Of a stretch of DNA of 41,474 bases, positions 38,222-41,474 are shown piece by piece. Below the pieces are notes generated by a model. It did no database searches, was not told the DNA's origin, and worked only from the letters and a program-made list of their open reading frames with translations. Each line of letters begins with the position of its first letter. Position 1 is the first letter of the stretch. The position numbers and the translations under genes are program-made. Source of the stretch: Flavisolibacter sp. (GTDB lineage: Bacteria > Bacteroidota > Bacteroidia > Chitinophagales > Chitinophagaceae). The stretch lies in assembly GCA_031365785.1 (NCBI GenBank), contig JANLYU010000178.1, forward strand, positions 1 to 41,474, in the 5' to 3' direction.

Positions 38222-38677
38222 TCATTTCATAATTTCTGCAGCATGTACCTTGTTTTTTGGACGAAGGAATATTTTTTCTATGATGCCTTTTTCACTGATA
38301 ACAAAGGTGGTACGGTGAAGTCCCTGGTATTTTCTGCCATATAAATTCTTTTCTCCCCATACTCCATATTGCTGAATTATTGAATGTGTGGGATCTGCAA
38401 TCAGGGGAAACGGGAGTTGAAATTTATCGGTGAACTTGCGGTGGGAAAGCACATCATCCGGACTAATGCCAACTACTACATAGCCCTTTTGAAAGAATAA
38501 CGAATAGTTGTCTCGCAGGTTACATGCCTGAACTGTGCAGGCAGGGGTATCATCAGCAGGGTAGAAATACAATACTACTTTCTTCCCTCTGCAGGCTTTC
38601 AGGGTAAATTTATTTCCATGCTGGTCCATCCCTGTAAAATCAGGCGCTTTTTGACCGGGTTGCAAAGGTGTTGCCAT
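38222..38677 (-). CDS. bcp: Thioredoxin-dependent thiol peroxidase (BCP/PrxQ)
   Basis: KAPDF, VVLYFYPADDTPACTVQAC (PxxxTxxC plus CxxxxC), YGVWGEK, RTTFVI. Confidence 0.95.
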   Translation of the reverse strand: MATPLQPGQKAPDFTGMDQHGNKFTLKACRGKKVVLYFYPADDTPACTVQACNLRDNYSLFFQKGYVVVGISPDDVLSHRKFTDKFQLPFPLIADPTHSIIQQYGVWGEKNLYGRKYQGLHRTTFVISEKGIIEKIFLRPKNKVHAAEIMK

Positions 38678-38744
38678 AACTGTTTTGTAAAGTGGTTGCA
38701 GGATCAGGCGATTCTTATATCACCTGTCTTAGTTCATTTGTTCT

Positions 38745-40439
38745 TCACCGTCTTACTTTCCAGGTTTTCTCTGTTACATTTCCTGCTTCATCCTCTACAT
38801 GCACTTTTAATTCGTGTTCACCCGCAGGAAATTTTTCATCCAATTTATAGACCCAGGTTTTTCCTTTATCATTGGAAAACCGTAACCAATGTCCGTCTAA
38901 TTCAGCCCTGAAATTCTTGACCACATGATGATTGTCGGTTGGTGTAAAAGCTAATCTTGAGGTTCTGGAGAGGTTGGATGGCGGAGAAGGGATCAAAGGC
39001 GGCTCCTCATCTACAAAAGCCTGGTAATTTCCGAATTGCCGGAAAGCAGCAGCTACCCATCCATTTTGCCAGGTTGCTTTTTTTACGAAAGTTTTACTAC
39101 CCGACATATTCTGGATGATCAACCTTTGTTTCTGATGGTCATTGATAGCAGCAACAGGTAGGATTCTAACAGTTACCTGATCATGTACCGGATAGGATGG
39201 TCCCAGAAATTCAAATAGGGAGGATATGGATGATGGAACAGCACTTTCCTTACTGGAAAAGCGCACAGCAAGGGTATCATAGATGCCAAGGTCTGTAGTA
39301 AACAATTCAAAATTTGTCGTTTCAAAAATATTTACCTGATTAGGAATCAGTTTTTTTTCTTGAATAGGTTGATAAGGTTTTGCCAGTGATCCATCGTATT
39401 GTACCTCAAAGCTGATGTTGGTTATATTGTCCTGTGCATCCCGGATCATGATATCTATGTGGTGCGGGTTCTGATCTTTGAGATGCAAAACACCGTTTCC
39501 TTTGGCCTCATAGGGTACCCGTGAAGCGCCCGGTAAAGGGGTAAGGTGTTGAAGAGTGATTCCACGGGCTTTAAGCGGGAAGTCAAGTTGCGCGTTGATA
39601 TACCGGGTATCGTTGTAACTAATGTTATTCAATTGGAATCCTGACAGCAACTTTCCATCTACAAACATTTCTGCGCTGTAAATGCCATTTGGATTGGAAG
39701 AACCACTGAAGCGGTCTGTGGCGCCGATTGCAAAACTAATCTGGTTGGACCCTACCCGTATCAATGAATTTTCAGTTGTATACACAGCACCTTTCTTTTT
39801 TAGAGCCAGAAAGTCTGGAGTTTGTGCATAGGTGCTCTGGTTACGGTCGTATACAGCCAGCCGGTTCACAGTAGGAGGCACATCATCCACGATAGGGAAC
39901 CCAAACACAAGAGGATTGAGGCAATTTCCTGTTTGCGAATCCCTGATCTCAAAATGAACATGAGGTCCTTCTGAGGCACCAGTGCTTCCGCTTAATGCCA
40001 GGAACATCCCTTTCGTTACCGGGAACTGGCCGGGTTGTAGCGAAAGGTTTATCTCCCAGGTTTCTTTGGAATATTGCTGCTCCTTCACATATTGTTCCAG
40101 CTGCGGGTAAAATGAATTAAGGTGGCCATACAAGGTGGTGTATCCATTTGGATGCTGCACATAAATGGCCTGTCCAAAGCCTCCGGGCTCAATGGAAACT
40201 CTGCTGACATATCCGTCAGCAGCAGCGTATACGGGGAGGTTCGTTTTGTGTTGTGTTCTTATATCCAGGCCCATATGCCAGTGATTAGCCCGGACCTCAC
40301 CGAAATTTGCTACCAGCTGCAATGGTATGTTCAGCGGTTGTCTGAAATAGTGCGTGGGATAATTTTGCTGTGCCTGGCTGGTGATCGTGAACCACAACCC
40401 ACCTGCCATGAAACCGGTTCTCAACTTCTTCATCATCAT
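38745..40439 (-). CDS. Exported M23 family metallopeptidase (N-terminal M23, long C-terminal region)
   Basis: FGEVRANHWHMGLD (HxxxD), LYGHL, SEGPHVHFEIR (HxH). Exact Met start (40439, 40436 or 40433) uncertain. Confidence 0.88.
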   Translation of the reverse strand: MMMKKLRTGFMAGGLWFTITSQAQQNYPTHYFRQPLNIPLQLVANFGEVRANHWHMGLDIRTQHKTNLPVYAAADGYVSRVSIEPGGFGQAIYVQHPNGYTTLYGHLNSFYPQLEQYVKEQQYSKETWEINLSLQPGQFPVTKGMFLALSGSTGASEGPHVHFEIRDSQTGNCLNPLVFGFPIVDDVPPTVNRLAVYDRNQSTYAQTPDFLALKKKGAVYTTENSLIRVGSNQISFAIGATDRFSGSSNPNGIYSAEMFVDGKLLSGFQLNNISYNDTRYINAQLDFPLKARGITLQHLTPLPGASRVPYEAKGNGVLHLKDQNPHHIDIMIRDAQDNITNISFEVQYDGSLAKPYQPIQEKKLIPNQVNIFETTNFELFTTDLGIYDTLAVRFSSKESAVPSSISSLFEFLGPSYPVHDQVTVRILPVAAINDHQKQRLIIQNMSGSKTFVKKATWQNGWVAAAFRQFGNYQAFVDEEPPLIPSPPSNLSRTSRLAFTPTDNHHVVKNFRAELDGHWLRFSNDKGKTWVYKLDEKFPAGEHELKVHVEDEAGNVTEKTWKVRR

Positions 40440-40512
40440 TTCCTGGTTAAAAATCTAAAATAAGACCTGACATCTTGTTCTCTTCAAGCTTTTGCAAAGG
40501 AATGGTATGATA

Positions 40513-40536
40513 TTTTATTAATCATGATTAGTAAAA
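40513..40536. promoter_or_regulatory. 24-bp near-perfect palindrome, putative operator
   Basis: TTTTA-T-TAATCATGATTA-G-TAAAA between the divergent M23 and small-protein genes. Confidence 0.45.
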
Positions 40537-40564
40537 CAATTATCAAACAAAAAAAATAACAGTT

Positions 40565-40795
40565 ATGGCACGTAAACCAGGTATAGGTGGTCTTCTTTTA
40601 TTAGGCGCAGCAGCTTTTGGAGCCTATAAATATTCTAAAATGACCGATGAGCAAAAGAATGACCTTATGAACAAGGGGAAAAAATTTGTTGATGACAATC
40701 TGGGTCAATTTAAAAGTATGTTCAATCAAAGAGAGAACCAACAGACAGAAAATGCTGGTGGACATCCCGGAACAAACGGTTTTACCCAAAGCTGA
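40565..40795 (+). CDS. Small membrane-anchored protein, YtxH-like
   Basis: N-terminal GGLLLLGAAAFGAY TM followed by a charged helix; A-rich initiation region; own terminator. Confidence 0.7.
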   Translation: MARKPGIGGLLLLGAAAFGAYKYSKMTDEQKNDLMNKGKKFVDDNLGQFKSMFNQRENQQTENAGGHPGTNGFTQS

Positions 40796-40814
40796 TTTCT
40801 TTAGCTTATTGAAT

Positions 40815-40841
40815 AGGGTTGCTTCGGCAGCCCTTTTTTTT
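40815..40841 (+). terminator. Intrinsic terminator of the small-protein gene
   Basis: AGGGTTGC-TTCG-GCAGCCCT plus T-tract (cUUCGg loop). Confidence 0.9.
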
Positions 40842-40986
40842 AGGCATTTTTGGAAGAAGTAAATATTACCGCTAAGCTATAATTCACTTTCCTGTCATAT
40901 TGGTAATAATATGGTTCCAATCAATGAAGATGTGGCGGTTTCCTCACGGCCTCTAAATTCTGCAGGATGATGAATTTCATTTACGT

Positions 40987-41020
40987 TAGTTTTGCACCCC
41001 GGGCAACAGCCCGGTTTTTT
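40987..41020 (+). promoter_or_regulatory. carB promoter -7 (TAGTTTTG) immediately followed by a terminator-like hairpin
   Basis: TAGTTTTG at 40987-40994; CCGGGC-aaca-GCCCGG-TTTTTT at 40999-41020. Confidence 0.6.
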
Positions 41021-41106
41021 GTATAAGGCTGTCGTCTTACTGTAACATTAAATCTTGTTACTGACTGCCAATTAAAGTTTGCATCGATTTAAATAACCAT
41101 TGCGTC

Positions 41107-41474
41107 ATGCCCAAAGACAATTCCCTGAAATCAGTTCTTATTATCGGATCCGGGCCTATCGTGATTGGCCAGGCCTGTGAATTTGATTATGCGGGAACAC
41201 AGGCCGCCCGCAGCCTTCGGGAAGAAGGGATCGAAGTAATCCTGATCAATAGTAATCCTGCTACCATCATGACCGATCCTATGATGTCAGACCGGGTGTA
41301 CCTGCTTCCTTTGAATGTAGAGAGCATTGAACAAATTCTTGAGGAAAATAAAATAGATGCGGTGCTTCCCACAATGGGTGGACAAACCGCCCTGAACCTT
41401 GCTAAAGAAGCTGAAGACCTGGGAATTTGGGAAAAGTATGGAGTGAAACTGATTGGTGTTGACATCAAAGCCAT
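41107..41474 (+). CDS. carB: Carbamoyl-phosphate synthase large subunit (5' part; truncated by window edge)
   Basis: Absent from the ORF track. Manual translation gives [58 protein letters not shown]...[12 protein letters not shown]. Confidence 0.97.
   Translation, partial: MPKDNSLKSVLIIGSGPIVIGQACEFDYAGTQAARSLREEGIEVILINSNPATIMTDPMMSDRVYLLPLNVESIEQILEENKIDAVLPTMGGQTALNLAKEAEDLGIWEKYGVKLIGVDIKA

Noticed and set aside
40864-40985. TATTACC...GGTAATA inverted repeat and ARG-box-like TGAATTTCATTTAC upstream of carB
   Set aside because: Short AT-rich matches with a long spacer or poor fit to consensus; cannot be distinguished from chance by eye.
41187-41474. Minus-strand 95-aa ORF
   Set aside because: Antisense shadow of carB (41107 onward, plus strand).

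Overview
A 41.5 kb core-genome window from a Bacteroidota member, probably Chitinophagaceae-like. The phylum is inferred from the SusC/SusD pairs, the T9SS gene porZ, TAnnTTTG promoters and A-rich, SD-less start regions. Housekeeping genes: prfA (partial), an amidohydrolase, recO, porZ, an MMPL/RND permease, tlpA-like, gatB, a PDZ protein, alaS, two M23 peptidases, a MerR-like HTH, a thioredoxin, mscS, lpxH, a LUD-domain gene, ftsH, rsfS, birA, bcp and carB (partial). They surround a 14 kb array of three tandem SusC/SusD pairs with no CAZyme, peptidase or regulator gene. Each pair has its own promoter-like element, long 5' UTR and intrinsic terminator. I saw no rRNA, tRNA, CRISPR array, transposase or integrase. 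The best leads are regulatory and structural. (i) The CAZyme-free triple SusCD array has different candidate operators and shared UTR motifs. (ii) A promoter-proximal terminator in the carB leader could be a nucleotide-sensing attenuator. (iii) A paired palindromic operator and a possible 3'-UTR sRNA flank a protease-less double-PDZ gene. (iv) A MerR-like protein carries clamp-binding-like and AT-hook-like motifs. (v) An orphan LUD gene is coupled between ftsH and lpxH. (vi) An inverted heptamer repeat lies next to face-to-face alaS/M23 promoters. All family assignments come from motif recognition by eye; no database search was run.
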